Source of the DNA: Massalongia carnosa
Lineage: Eukaryota
NCBI GenBank assembly: GCA_965645245.1
Contig: OZ287079.1
Coordinates: forward strand, 682,001 to 746,000
Length of the DNA: 64,000 nucleotides
Direction: 5' to 3'
In this document: positions 36,184 through 47,619 of the stretch, in pieces
Numbering within the stretch: the stretch's first letter is position 1
Layout of the letters: every line of letters begins with the position of its first letter
The notes under the pieces: model-generated
Seen by the model: only the letters and a program-made list of their open reading frames with translations
What the model was told of the DNA's origin: nothing
The model's database searches: none
Position numbers and translations under genes: made by a program

Positions 36184-39100
36184 CCCTATTTTAATTTCTT
36201 CTTGTCTGTTAGCCAACTCGTTTTCTCCCCCCCTTCAATCAAACACTCGTTTTTCCGCAGCCTCCGCTTTGGAGCTGTTTGAAACCGAAGAAGCGTTTCG
36301 AGATAGCCACCTAGTGGTATCATGTATCTTACGTTTAGGTAGATCTCGAATTCAAGCTCTCAATCTGATTGATTGTGGTGCATCTGGCTATGCATTCATT
36401 GACAAGAAGTTTGCGCAAACTCACCAAATCCCCCTTCATCCCCTCAAATACGCCCGACGCCTTGAAGGCTTCGACGGTCAGCCGGCTCTGACTGGAAATA
36501 TCACTCATGTGGCCGAGGTAATCATGGACTTAAACGGACATGTAGAAAGATTATTCCTTTCCGTAACAGGACTGAAAACCTACCCCATCGTCCTGGGACA
36601 CCCGTGGTTGTGACGACATCAAGCTCTCGCTGATTTCGAGTCCAACTCTCTCTCCCTGTCTTCCTCTTTCTGCCTGGCTCATTGTAGCCCTCATCCAGTC
36701 AAGGTGAAGGCCTACACGGGCGAGAAATTCCTATCTCCTGCGGAAAGTCAGGAAGTATGGGAATCGGAAAAGTACTCGTCCAATAGTCAAATCCTGTCCG
36801 AAAAACCTGTCCTGTCCGAAAAACCTGTCCTGTCCGATAAAACCACGCCGCGCGATAGTAAGACAACTTCTCTCGAAAATCAGGACATCAGTCGTATCGA
36901 AAAAGCGATTGAACAGGGCGACTCACCGAAAATCCGATATCGAAGTCCCTCTTCGTATCGCACCTCCACTCAGCGACATGCTGCCCAGCAGAATCGCAAT
37001 CCTCCTGTTTTGGACGTCTGTGAAATCGGCGCCCTCAACTTCAACTATCTCGGACGAAAAAAGAGTCACGAGATGTTTGCTCTCTCCTTGAAAGAAATCG
37101 ATCACTTTCTCGGCCTGACTCAACCTGAACCTAAGCCTGAACCCAAACCCGAATCTCGCCTTCGTCAAGAGACTGACTGGGCACACTCGAAACCAACCTA
37201 CCAACCCAACCCCCGGTCCAGCCCTAGTGAAAAGAAATATCACTTAGCCCTGTTCCGTATGAACCAGGCTCTGACACAGTTATGTTCAGTGACCGAACCC
37301 GAACCTCAACCCTTGACACTGCAATCATCAGTGACCGCCGAAGAACTGAACGCTTATCGTGAGCGAAAGAACGTCGACCCAGCCCCCCTTCTACCCAAAC
37401 AGTATCACGACTTTCTGGATGTCTTCTCCAAAAAAGAATCGGACGTCCTGCCCGAACACCGACCCTACGACCATGCCATAAAGCTAAAAGAAGGCTCTCC
37501 AATCCCGAATCAAGCTCTTTATGGCATGAGTCGAACCGAAATCGAAGAACTCCGACGCTACCTTGATGAGAACCTGTCGAAAGGCTTCATCCGAGCTAGT
37601 AAATCCCCCGCTGCCTCCCCAGTCATGTTCGTAAAGAAGCCAGGAGGAGGACTTCGCTTCTGTGTCGACTATCGAGGCCTCAATGCCATCACGATTAAGA
37701 ATCGGTATCCGCTTCCCCTGATCACCGAAACCCTGAATCGCCTGAGTCGGGCTAAGATATTCACCAAGCTGGACATTATTTCAGCGTTCAATCGGCTCCG
37801 CATCAAGGAAGGAGATGAAGAACTCACCGCATTCAGAACCCGTTTTGGCCTCTTCGAATCCCTGGTCCTACCATTCGGCCTCTGTAACGGCCCCGCCTCC
37901 TGTCAACACTTCATCAATGATACTCTTCGAGAGTATCTCGACGACTTTTGCACGGCCTATCTAGATGACATTCTCATCTACAGCGAAATTGAAGGCGAGC
38001 ATGAAATCCACGTCAAACGTATCCTCATCAAGCTGAGAGAAGCCGGGCTGCAAGTAGACATCACCAAATGCAAATTTCATGTCACAGAAGTTGCCTATCT
38101 CGGACTAATCGTAACCACCGAGGGAATCAAAATGGACCCCGCTAAAATCGAAACAGTAACTCATTGGCCAATACCGATCAATATGAAAGATGTACAAAGC
38201 TTTCTGGGATTTGCTAACTTCTATAGACGATTCGTATATGGCTTTAGTAAGATAGCCGGCCCACTGACGAATCTAACCAAAAAGGAGGTCAGCTTTCAAT
38301 GGACTGACAAATGTCAACAGGCATTCGAAACTCTAAAAAAAGCTTTCACCTCGGAACTAATACTGATGCATTTCGATCCCGATCGTCCTATCATCGTGGA
38401 AACCGATGCTTCGGACTACGTCTCTGGTGGTATCCTTTCTCAGTATGACAACGAGAACGTGCTTCGCCCCATCGCATACTTCTCCAAGAAACACAACCCG
38501 GCCGAATGCAATTATGAGATCTATGACAAGGAACTCATGGCCATCGTCCGATGCTTCGAAGAATGGAGACCGGAATTGGAAGGTTCTGCTCACCCCATCA
38601 GCGTTATCTCAGATCATAAGAATTTGGAATACTTCGCTTCAACCAAACAACTCAGTCGTCGTCAAGCTCGCTGGTCCGAATTCTTATCCCGATTTGACTT
38701 TAAAATAGTCTATCGACCCGGAAAAGCTGGTGGAAAACCAGATGCACTGACTCGTCGCTCAGGAGACCTCCCTAAAGAGGGGGATGAAACTGATGAAAGA
38801 CATAAACATCAGCATCAAACCATCCTGAAAACTCATAACCTGGACGACGAAGTGGCGAAAAGTTTCTTATCCACGATTATCCTAGCCCCCGCGTTCATCG
38901 AACAGGATCCCGAGTCCGTTGAACATGATCACGAGTTCATTGAACCTGAACCACAGCTGGATCAGCCTGCCGACCAAACCAATCCTGGCCAAGACCCGAC
39001 CGACGTCCCAACTCAGCTGTTATGGGAACAAGCTCTGGAACAGGATCAATTCTCTCTGAAAGTTCTAGACATGCTTCGCAATAATGTCAGATATCATAAC

Positions 39101-40555
39101 GGCATTCAGCTAGCCGAATGTGAAGATAAAGAAGGGATTCTTTATTTTCGAAACCGTCGATACGTACCCAATTCGGATCGGCTCCGTCTCCGTCTCATTC
39201 AACAGGCACACGACAGCGTAGCAGGTGGCCATCCCGGTCGTTCCAAATGCTACGAACTAATGAATCGATCATACTGGTGGCCCAGTATGCATCAAACCGT
39301 CAAACGATTCATTCGTAACTGTCACACCTGTAGACGATCCAAACCATCCCGCCAACGATACCAAGGATGGCTACGCCCTCTGTCCCCACCCGAACGTCGA
39401 TGGCGTGACGTTTCCATGGACTACGTAGGTCCGCTGCCTCCGAGCACCTTCATGGGTATAACCTATCGTTATATCCTCGTCTTCATCGATCGCCTTTCCA
39501 AGATGCGACATTTCGTCCCCACCACCTCCATGGAGGTAGAAGAGGCTGCTAACTCCTTCTACCAAAATGTATGGAAATTACACGGTCTCCCAGACGCCTT
39601 GATTTCGGATCGAGGCACCTAATTCACCTCCGATTTCTGGGACATCATGTGTAAACGGCTTAGAATTGATGCTAGGCTATCAACCAGTTTTCATCCCGAG
39701 ACAGATGGCCAAACCGAGAGGGCTAATGCAACCATGGAGCACTATCTTCGGGCATACGTCAATTACATGCAAGATGACTGGGCCCAGTACTTACCCGGTG
39801 CCGAATTCTCCAGCAATAACACCGACTCCTCCAGCATTCTCGCCTCTCCCTTCCTGGCTAATTATGGACAACACCCCAGGGTAGGATTCGAACCCGAAGA
39901 GCCCCTTCCGCAAGACCTGACCGCCCAGGGAATCGCTAACCTGATCGCCGCCAATCGATTCGTAGACAAGATGCGAGACGTAGACACTCACCTACGAGAA
40001 GAGATGTTGATCGCGCAGGCCTCATACGAATCTTCCGCCAATGAGAACCGCCGTCCCTGTCCTCGTTATCTTGTAGGAGACATGGTATGGCTGAACACCC
40101 GAAATATCCAGACAGCCCGTCCGGCAGCCAAACTGGACGATCGAAATGTCGGTCCTTACCGAGTCTGTAAGGTGTTCGCCAACCCTCTTGTTGTTCAACT
40201 GGAACTCCCCGACACGGTTAAAATTCATCCGGTCTTTCATGTAAATCTGCTACAACACGACGCAGACGACCCCCTCCCAGGACAAATTCCCGAGCTTCGC
40301 GACCCAATAATAGCCGAAGATGGACAGCGAGAATGGTATGTCAACAGCATTCTGAACTCGAAACTGGACAGACGTTATCAACCTCCGCTTCTCAAGTATT
40401 TCGTCAACTGGGAAGGACATACCCCCACCTGGGAGCCATTTCACCTACTAACCAACTGTCAACAAGCTCTGGACGAATTCCACGAAGCCTATCCTGGTGC
40501 ATCCGGCCCACATCTCACCCCCTGTTCCATTCCTCGATGTCGCTGTCATGAATAA
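36152..40555 (+). pseudogene. pol: Pol (PR-RT-RH-IN-chromodomain) with two premature stops (36611-36613, 39620-39622)
   Basis: LIDCGAS, YLDD, ETDASD, HHCC, SDRGT*F, HPETDGQTER and a chromodomain (WEG..TWEP), all in one frame. Confidence 0.92.
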
Positions 40556-40595
40556 AACTGCTTCGCAGGAGCTCAGCTCTTGAAAGGGGAGCTAC

Positions 40596-41043
40596 TGTCA
40601 TGAAATCGAACCAACCCGATCCAGAATCAATCCCGCAGATGAATCTGACTAAGCTCCCGTTCCTCTATTCAGCTTAGTCAGAATCTCATTAACTAAATCG
40701 AGTTTAGACCCCTCTCAACGGCTTCAGGTCAAAGCTGTACCATCACCATCAAAGCGTACCAACGACAGGAGAACCTCATCTCCACCTTTTATCGTCACAC
40801 ACCTCGTCAAACCTTCGTGCCGTACGTCTCCTAATAGGGGGAGATGAACACTGATCGAATCTTCATGCAAAGGGGTTCGAGACAAATATAAAAGGAAGGA
40901 CAAGTTAATTAGATTGTTGACTCCTTGTCCGACGTCTTGTATAGCAATCCATCACCTAGCTATAGCCTTATTAATAAAGACATCTTGATCACCCAATCCA
41001 ATTCCTAGGAACATTAGTTCAATCCCCTGCCCAGTCCTTGACA
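40596..41043 (+). repeat. 3' LTR (448 bp)
   Basis: Direct repeat of the 5' LTR. Confidence 0.95.
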
Positions 41044-41854
41044 AGAAGACAAAAAGATCGAGAGAGGTAAGCGAGTATATTAAAAGTTCAACATATCATT
41101 TTTTTCAAATCATTCCGGAAGAGACACCTCTCGATGATCGGTTTTGCTTGGGGGACGTTTCGAGCATTCAAATGCCGAACCATCCAATAAAATCGAATTT
41201 TTGAGTTTAGATTCATTTATCCTAGAGTGCTACTCATCGACTCACCGCACAAACAGGAGCCGAATTCGAGGACTTTCTAGGCCTAGGGTTATGACACAGT
41301 GCTCTGTCTCCAAGCTGGCAACTTGCCATCACGTGAATACTGGGAGCTATCGCCAAGTATATTCATTGTATTAATGCTTAAGGAGCTGTAGATGTACGGC
41401 GAAGCCCGTAAAGGCTATCAGAAATTGATTGTCGTCTGCCATGCCAACCTGGGCATTGATCGATTTCGTCTTGTGAACGGGTCATGAAGATGAATAATGA
41501 GCTTGAACCAGGCCCTCGATCAACTCTTACTGCCTGATGTTGGAAGCGTCCTATTAAGTCATCCACCTACGATATCCACTTGTAGGACACGTCTTTCATG
41601 TACAAGCAACAATAGCTCGGACAATCTGCACGCTTTTAATAGATACTTGCTTTCAGCCTTATACAAAATGCGCAAATTCAGTCATGCCAAGCGCCAAAAG
41701 TTAAATATTAAGTTGGTATCATAAGTTACGATGTAACCTAACCATACTTCAAATGCGTGATTATGATAATGTCATCATTACCTTTAGCCTCGTAACTTGC
41801 AATATAAGTTGACGATGGCCATTTCCAAAAGTCCACCTAACAAGACAGTACATA

Positions 41855-44108
41855 ATGGCTTTTTACCAGCAGCAACCCTTCTCGCAGTATGATCAATGGA
41901 AGCCTGTGCTTGGTAGTGCCATTGAGTTACAACCGCTTCAACAACAGTATCAACAACGAAAGGTTAAGTATAAGCCTGCAATCTTTATGAGAGAGCAGAA
42001 CCTAGGCTATGAAGCATTAACAGAGTCTATACATAAGAAGAAGAGCTTTCGTCAGCGTTATCTGGGGGGGCTTAAACTCTCGCTCAGATCATTTGCTTTC
42101 ATCGCTGGCTTGGTGCTTGCTATCAATCTGTTATGGTTCGCCTGGGCGAAGAAGAAGTATGGGATAACCTCCGGTTACGGGACGATTCATCGTGGCGACT
42201 GCAGGGTAGCCAAAAACTTAAACAAATGGCTGCACTTACTTATCAACATACTATCCACTTTGCTTCTAATGGGCAGCAACGCTTTTATGCAGGTATTTAG
42301 CGGGCCTACTAGAGAAGAACTTGACCGCGCCCATCAAAAAAGGAGATGGCTCCATATTGGTGCTCTGAGCTTTCGGAACTTACGCGGTGTCGCAAAGCGG
42401 AAGGCTTTTTTCTGTCTTATTTTAGCGTCCTCTTCTATACCTTTCCATCTCCTGTAAGATTACCTATAAAGTGCAAGATTTTCAGCTAATGAGTCAGATA
42501 TAATTCCCTCGTCTTCGCTTCACTATCGGCTAACGAGTATTATTGGGCTGTTGTAACTGATGATTTTTTGTTGGGAGCATCGTTCAATTTGACAAGCCCC
42601 GAATCTATGGTGCTTGTTGAAGAACTTGATCCAGAGCTCACCCCGGCTTACTTAGATATGCAACGGTCCTCGGAGAATTATGAAAGACTTGAGGCGGCTA
42701 GCTGTATTCAAGAATATTCCAGTAATTTCTTGTCAAACAGGCGACATCTCATTTTGGTATCAAGCGACAAAGGCCCAAACTCGATACTCAGTCATGACGA
42801 CGCAAACTTACAGCCTGCCGAGCGTGTAAATTTCTGGATGTGTTCCAAAGATTCGGGGGGGGGACCTTTTGATAAGTGCGACCCATCCGCATACTTAGCA
42901 GATCCTAAGGCGTGGAAAGTCTTCAATCATCCTGTTAAGTACTGTTTGAGTGAACGAACTCAGGAAAGCTGTGCAGTTCAATTCAGCTATAACATCATGA
43001 TTGTGGTAATTGCTTTTAACATCATCAAGCTTGCTGTTATGTTGTTTGTTCTTTTTCGATTGGATGCGGAGAAAATCCTAGTCACTATTGGAGATGCCGT
43101 GTCCTCGTTTCTGCTGAACGAGGATAAGACTACGCAAGGAATGTGTCTCGCAAACAAGCGCGAGATTGATATTTTCTGGAAAGCGCAGGGAGTTGCAAGG
43201 CGATATGACCAAGCGCCAGGACACTGGGGACGCGCTGCTAGTAAAAATCGCTGGTTCAGCTTCACCTTTCTGTATGCTGGCTTTTTCTTAGTATATGGGT
43301 CTCATCTGACATATGACCTAGGCTGTTTATTGCCCTTCTTACCATACTGATCTTACTAGGTTGGGGCTTAACCGTGCTCAAGGGAAAAGGTATCAATACC
43401 AGCCTGCCAGGCCTCTGGAAACTTGGCTTCGGTACCCTGAACGCAAAAGCATTCGTTCTGGTTGAAGGCAATTCTCCTGTAACCGCAATGGCCATGCTGG
43501 CCAACTCCCCCCAAGTTGCTCTAGCGCTTCTGTATGTAACCTTCAATGGCCTCCTTACCTCGATGTTTGCCGCCGATGACTGGAGCAATTTCGCCTTCCG
43601 TGGTCAATACCTAATGGTTAGCACGCCCTCCGGCCAGCAGCGGGGCACATGGTGTCTCGGTCTACCTATATATTATGGCATGGCACTGCTGGTGCTGCAG
43701 ACACTGCTACACTGGCTGATCTCGCAGTCCATATTCGTCGTGCAGATTGCCGTCATCGCCAAGAATGGCGTCCTCAAAACCTCCGGTCAACTCTCAAACT
43801 GCGGATATTCGCCCATTGCTATCGTATTCACGGTGATTGCCGGGCTTGTTATGATGATCAGTGCTTCTGTTCTTGGATTGCGTAAATCAAGAGCAAGGGG
43901 ACCACCTCTCGTTTCTACATGTAGCGCTGCGATTAGCGCTGCCTGCCATCCTAGAACAGTCTGGGAGGAGATGCCTTATATGAAGCTGCGCTGGGCCGGG
44001 GCTGGCAGTCCCGAGAACGGGATTGGACATTGCTCGATCGTGTCACAGGAGGCATGGGATGCTGGGCAAGCAGGAAGCCCAATGCATGGTGCCTTTTACA
44101 CTGGCTAG
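41855..44108 (+). CDS. DUF6536-like fungal multi-pass membrane protein (exons 41855-42453, 42498-43271, 43322-44108)
   Basis: HLLINILSTLLLMGSN, PTREELDRAH, SSIPFHLLYNS, TIGDAVSSFL, ANSPQ and CSAAISAACH. Confidence 0.8.
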
Positions 44109-45028
44109 AATGCTATCAGCAAAAAATATATTGCTTCGCTCTCATTCCAGGGCGCCCTACCTTCAATCATAGTTTTCAAGCACTTGAACATTGGTTAACC
44201 ACACTCATGGGCTTTCTTGACAGTCTAAGACGATATGTACTAGTGATATGCTCCTTTGAAAATATAATCATTTGGATGGAGCAGAAAATCAAATAGGTCC
44301 GGACTATGAGGATGCAGACCTGGAGCGAGAAATGTAACTTATTCTTGAGGGACCATGGGCCCATCGTTTAGGCTTTAGGCACTGCGTTTTGAGGTTGGGC
44401 ATGAACCGTTACACAGCATGCCCTATCCATTAATCCGTCGTGCTTGGATGCTTCAGGACAGGTTGATCTTCACAAAGACGGGTTTCTTCGAAAGGGATGA
44501 ACCTTTATGGGAATGCTAACTTGGCGGGTTTGTGGCGTTAAGACCTTACATTATTAAGCCTTTTATACTCTGTAATATTTCAAAAACTTTCAACCACTAC
44601 AAAGATTCTACATAACTTCAAAGAAAGGCGTTCTTTGTACTACCTAGTTGTCTTTATCGAGTTAAAGGGTCAACTCCGCACAGACCAATATGATTGCCTA
44701 GGAACAACAAACCGAACGTCTCCATGTGGCCTATAAGCACAACAGCAGGTGAGAACATGGGGAGCAATGTTTGTGCCGATCCGATGATTCTTGTCTGGCG
44801 AAGAGCATGATCGATAATGTGGTTATCCAATCATAGTTCATTACATATCTTGTTGTTTTAAAAGAGAATCGGTATGACATGTAGAGTATTGTATGGTATT
44901 ATTGCACCGGAAACATTGGTAACTTCATAGAGCGTGATTTAAGAATAGGCTGATAGCTGTAGATATGGGAGTACTCGTTCTAGCTTCCTCTGTCAGAATC
45001 TTACATAGATTTCCACCACTACAGAGTA

Positions 45029-47311
45029 CATTCGAACCCCGCTACAACGATGGTGGCGTTTTACCAAAATAATTTCGTTACAGCGGGTTTTTCGTTATAT
45101 CGGGGGAGATAGGGAAAATCATGGTAAATTTACTACTTTGCCCCCGTAAAAACCCCCAATTCTCCCCCTTTGTCCCCAGCAACTACCCAAGTGCTTAGAG
45201 TGGCTTGTTTTTGACTGTTTTGCCGTCTTTCAAACAGCCCCCGTTCATGTCTTCGTAATTGACGAAGCATGTCCATATCGCCCTTCAACTGCTGTTCTTC
45301 ATGCAGTCTCAGAATCCTACAAGCCTCCTATGCTTGACTCATCGTTATAACAGGTATAACTTCCACCTCTTCATCCGTTTCAGCGAGCCTTTCCTGCTCC
45401 GCATATCGTGAAACGATATCATTTATAATGTCTTCATTCGTGTCCTTTATAGCCTTCTCGGGCGGGTTTATAAATTGATGAATGTTCATCGGCTCTTCTA
45501 TTCTACCCATGACCTGCATCTGACGTAAGTCCTATGTAATCTCTTCCAAAACAGTCTCGGACTCGATCCAATCCGAGGTTCTTGATTGATTGAAGGGTGC
45601 TGAACCCCAATCAATGACTCCTGATCGCCCCCAGCAGTTCTGTATGAGCAGCTTACTGTGAAAAACACACCTTATCCTGCTTCTGACGGCGTGCCTCTCA
45701 GTACCAAGAGATCGATCGGGTGCCATTTTCCAATAAAGCCCTGTTTCATCCATGTTATAAACGTCTTTGGCAGCATATTGAGATACTAATTTACGAAGAT
45801 CGGTCATTATCTGCTGTACATTTTCGCTTTGATCAGCTGAACCAGCCTCGCCATGATAAATGCGTTTTTTTAGTCCTCGTCGTCTTTTAAATCGATCCAG
45901 CCAGCCATTACTCCATTTCGGAGTGGGAATGCCTTCATACTGAGGCAGTTTGTTCCACAATTCTGTGGCCTTGATCCGTAGCACTTCAGCACTAACAGTG
46001 AGACTGGCCTGTTCATATCGTTGCTCCCATTCGAACAAAGCATCTTCTAACACAGGCCATTTGGGAATAACCTCTCGTTTGATTGAGCTCGCCTCCTCTT
46101 TATCATCCAGGTAAGCATATTTGGAACTGAGAATCTCGCTGATAGATGCACTCCCAGGCACATAATTATACTCCCTTTTCCACCATATGCGACAGTCGTT
46201 CTGAGTCACTTTACCCTTTGAATCATCATTGTACCAGTCCCGAAGAGCTTTTCGCTGAATATTCGTGATTCCATGACGGGTTTTTTTTCGGGGGGAGGAA
46301 ATTGACAAAGACATGGAGGCAGGCCATTCTCGAGACATACTTACAGCAGAATCGTAGCAAATATATGACAGCTTTATCACCTCGCTATAACGAACGTCAC
46401 CAAAAATTTGAAAATAATTTTCGTTATATTGTTATGGAGGGTTTTTCATATGCATGGGCCAAGAAAATAACATCGGATACACAAAAAAGCCTGATGGCGG
46501 TAGCGAACCCACCATGGGCCGAAACCCCCCCAAATACAGCTGGAGACATCCAAGAAGCGCGTGCCGTTCAAGGCAAAATAATCGCAAAAATAAAACAACG
46601 ATATACAGACGCATGGCAGACCTCTTGGAAATCATATCAGAACCTCACATCTACGCCTACTCCAGCACAAGTACCCCACTCACAAAAACACGCATCAAAT
46701 TACACGAAACTCTAGCCAAAGCAGAAAGCGCTCTACCAATTCAGATACGCTCAGAAAAGATATGTCTAGCCGACTTCCTATTTAGACGTCGTAATCATGT
46801 TTTGCAAACTCAACAGTAACAGACGTTCAATGTTACGCTCCATAGGAACAGATCATTATCGACTCATTACTGACTCATCCAAAGCGATGAAACTAGTTAC
46901 CGCTTGGTTAATGAAGACCGGCTTACTAACCCAGTTCTCACTGGCAGCACAGCATTTATATCATTGACAATTGGCGATTAAATACGTCGATTCTTTTCTT
47001 TAACTTTGTCATCGGTCAACTGTTCTTTAGGAAGATCTCTCGACGGAGACTCGGAGAGTATTCGTAGAAGTATCGAATTACTTGGTTTTTCTTCCTCAAA
47101 AGGTTTTCCATGTATTATATAATCCCATAGACTTGCCCGCATGGGCCGGCCTTCAGCCGGTAACACATCGGAATAAGAATTATCATCATCATCATCATCA
47201 TCATGGAGGGTTTTTCGTTATAACGAGGTTTTTACCATATAACTACAAAAAATCCGAGAAATAAGTTCGTTATTTCGTTATACGGAACTTCCCTATAGCG
47301 GGGTTCGACTG
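45029..47311 (-). mobile_element. pogo/Tigger-like DNA transposon, internally deleted (CENP-B HTH transposase remnant ~46314-45180)
   Basis: TIRs CATTCGAACCCCGCTAC / TATAGCGGGGTTCGACTG flanked by TA. TTCGTTATA subterminal repeats. SNGWLDRFKRR and YNMDETGLYW are joined almost directly to the C-terminal IQNCW. Confidence 0.85.
46448..47202 (+). mobile_element. 5'-truncated LINE 3' fragment with (CAT)n tail, nested in the pogo element
   Basis: 14-bp TSD ATGGAGGGTTTTTC at 46434-46447 and 47203-47216. Peptides AESALPIQIRSEKICLADFLF and WLMKTGLLTQFSLA resemble the C-terminus of the LINE ORF2 at 13101-13450. Confidence 0.85.
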
Positions 47312-47619
47312 TATATGGCGCGTTAATCTATAACTAGATAAGTTAGCGCGATACGCGATAACGCCAATGAAGCTAACACTAACTACGGAGCTATTGGCCC
47401 AATAATATTGGGCCAATACCTTAAGGCTACCTAACTCCTTAATGACGTCTTCATATCATTGGTTGAGATCTTAAGCCTCCTATTGGAAGAAGAGATATCG
47501 AATGCCTATCTCAGTCACCTAACACTCCTTCCTTATTTCTTCTTCTTCTTGTTCACATATCGCTAACTCTCAAACTATTGGCATATTCAATTCTTGCCTA
47601 TGAGCTTCGCCACCTACAA

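Larger units (their letters stand above)
34455..41043 (+). mobile_element. Full-length Ty3/Gypsy chromovirus LTR retrotransposon
   Basis: TG...CA LTRs at 34455-34894 and 40596-41043. 5-bp TSD AGAAG. PPT GAAAGGGGAG before the 3' LTR. gag-pol with chromodomain. Confidence 0.97.

Noticed and set aside
46302..46715. 137-aa ORF that looks like a novel gene
   Set aside because: Chimeric read-through from the pogo subterminal region into the nested LINE fragment
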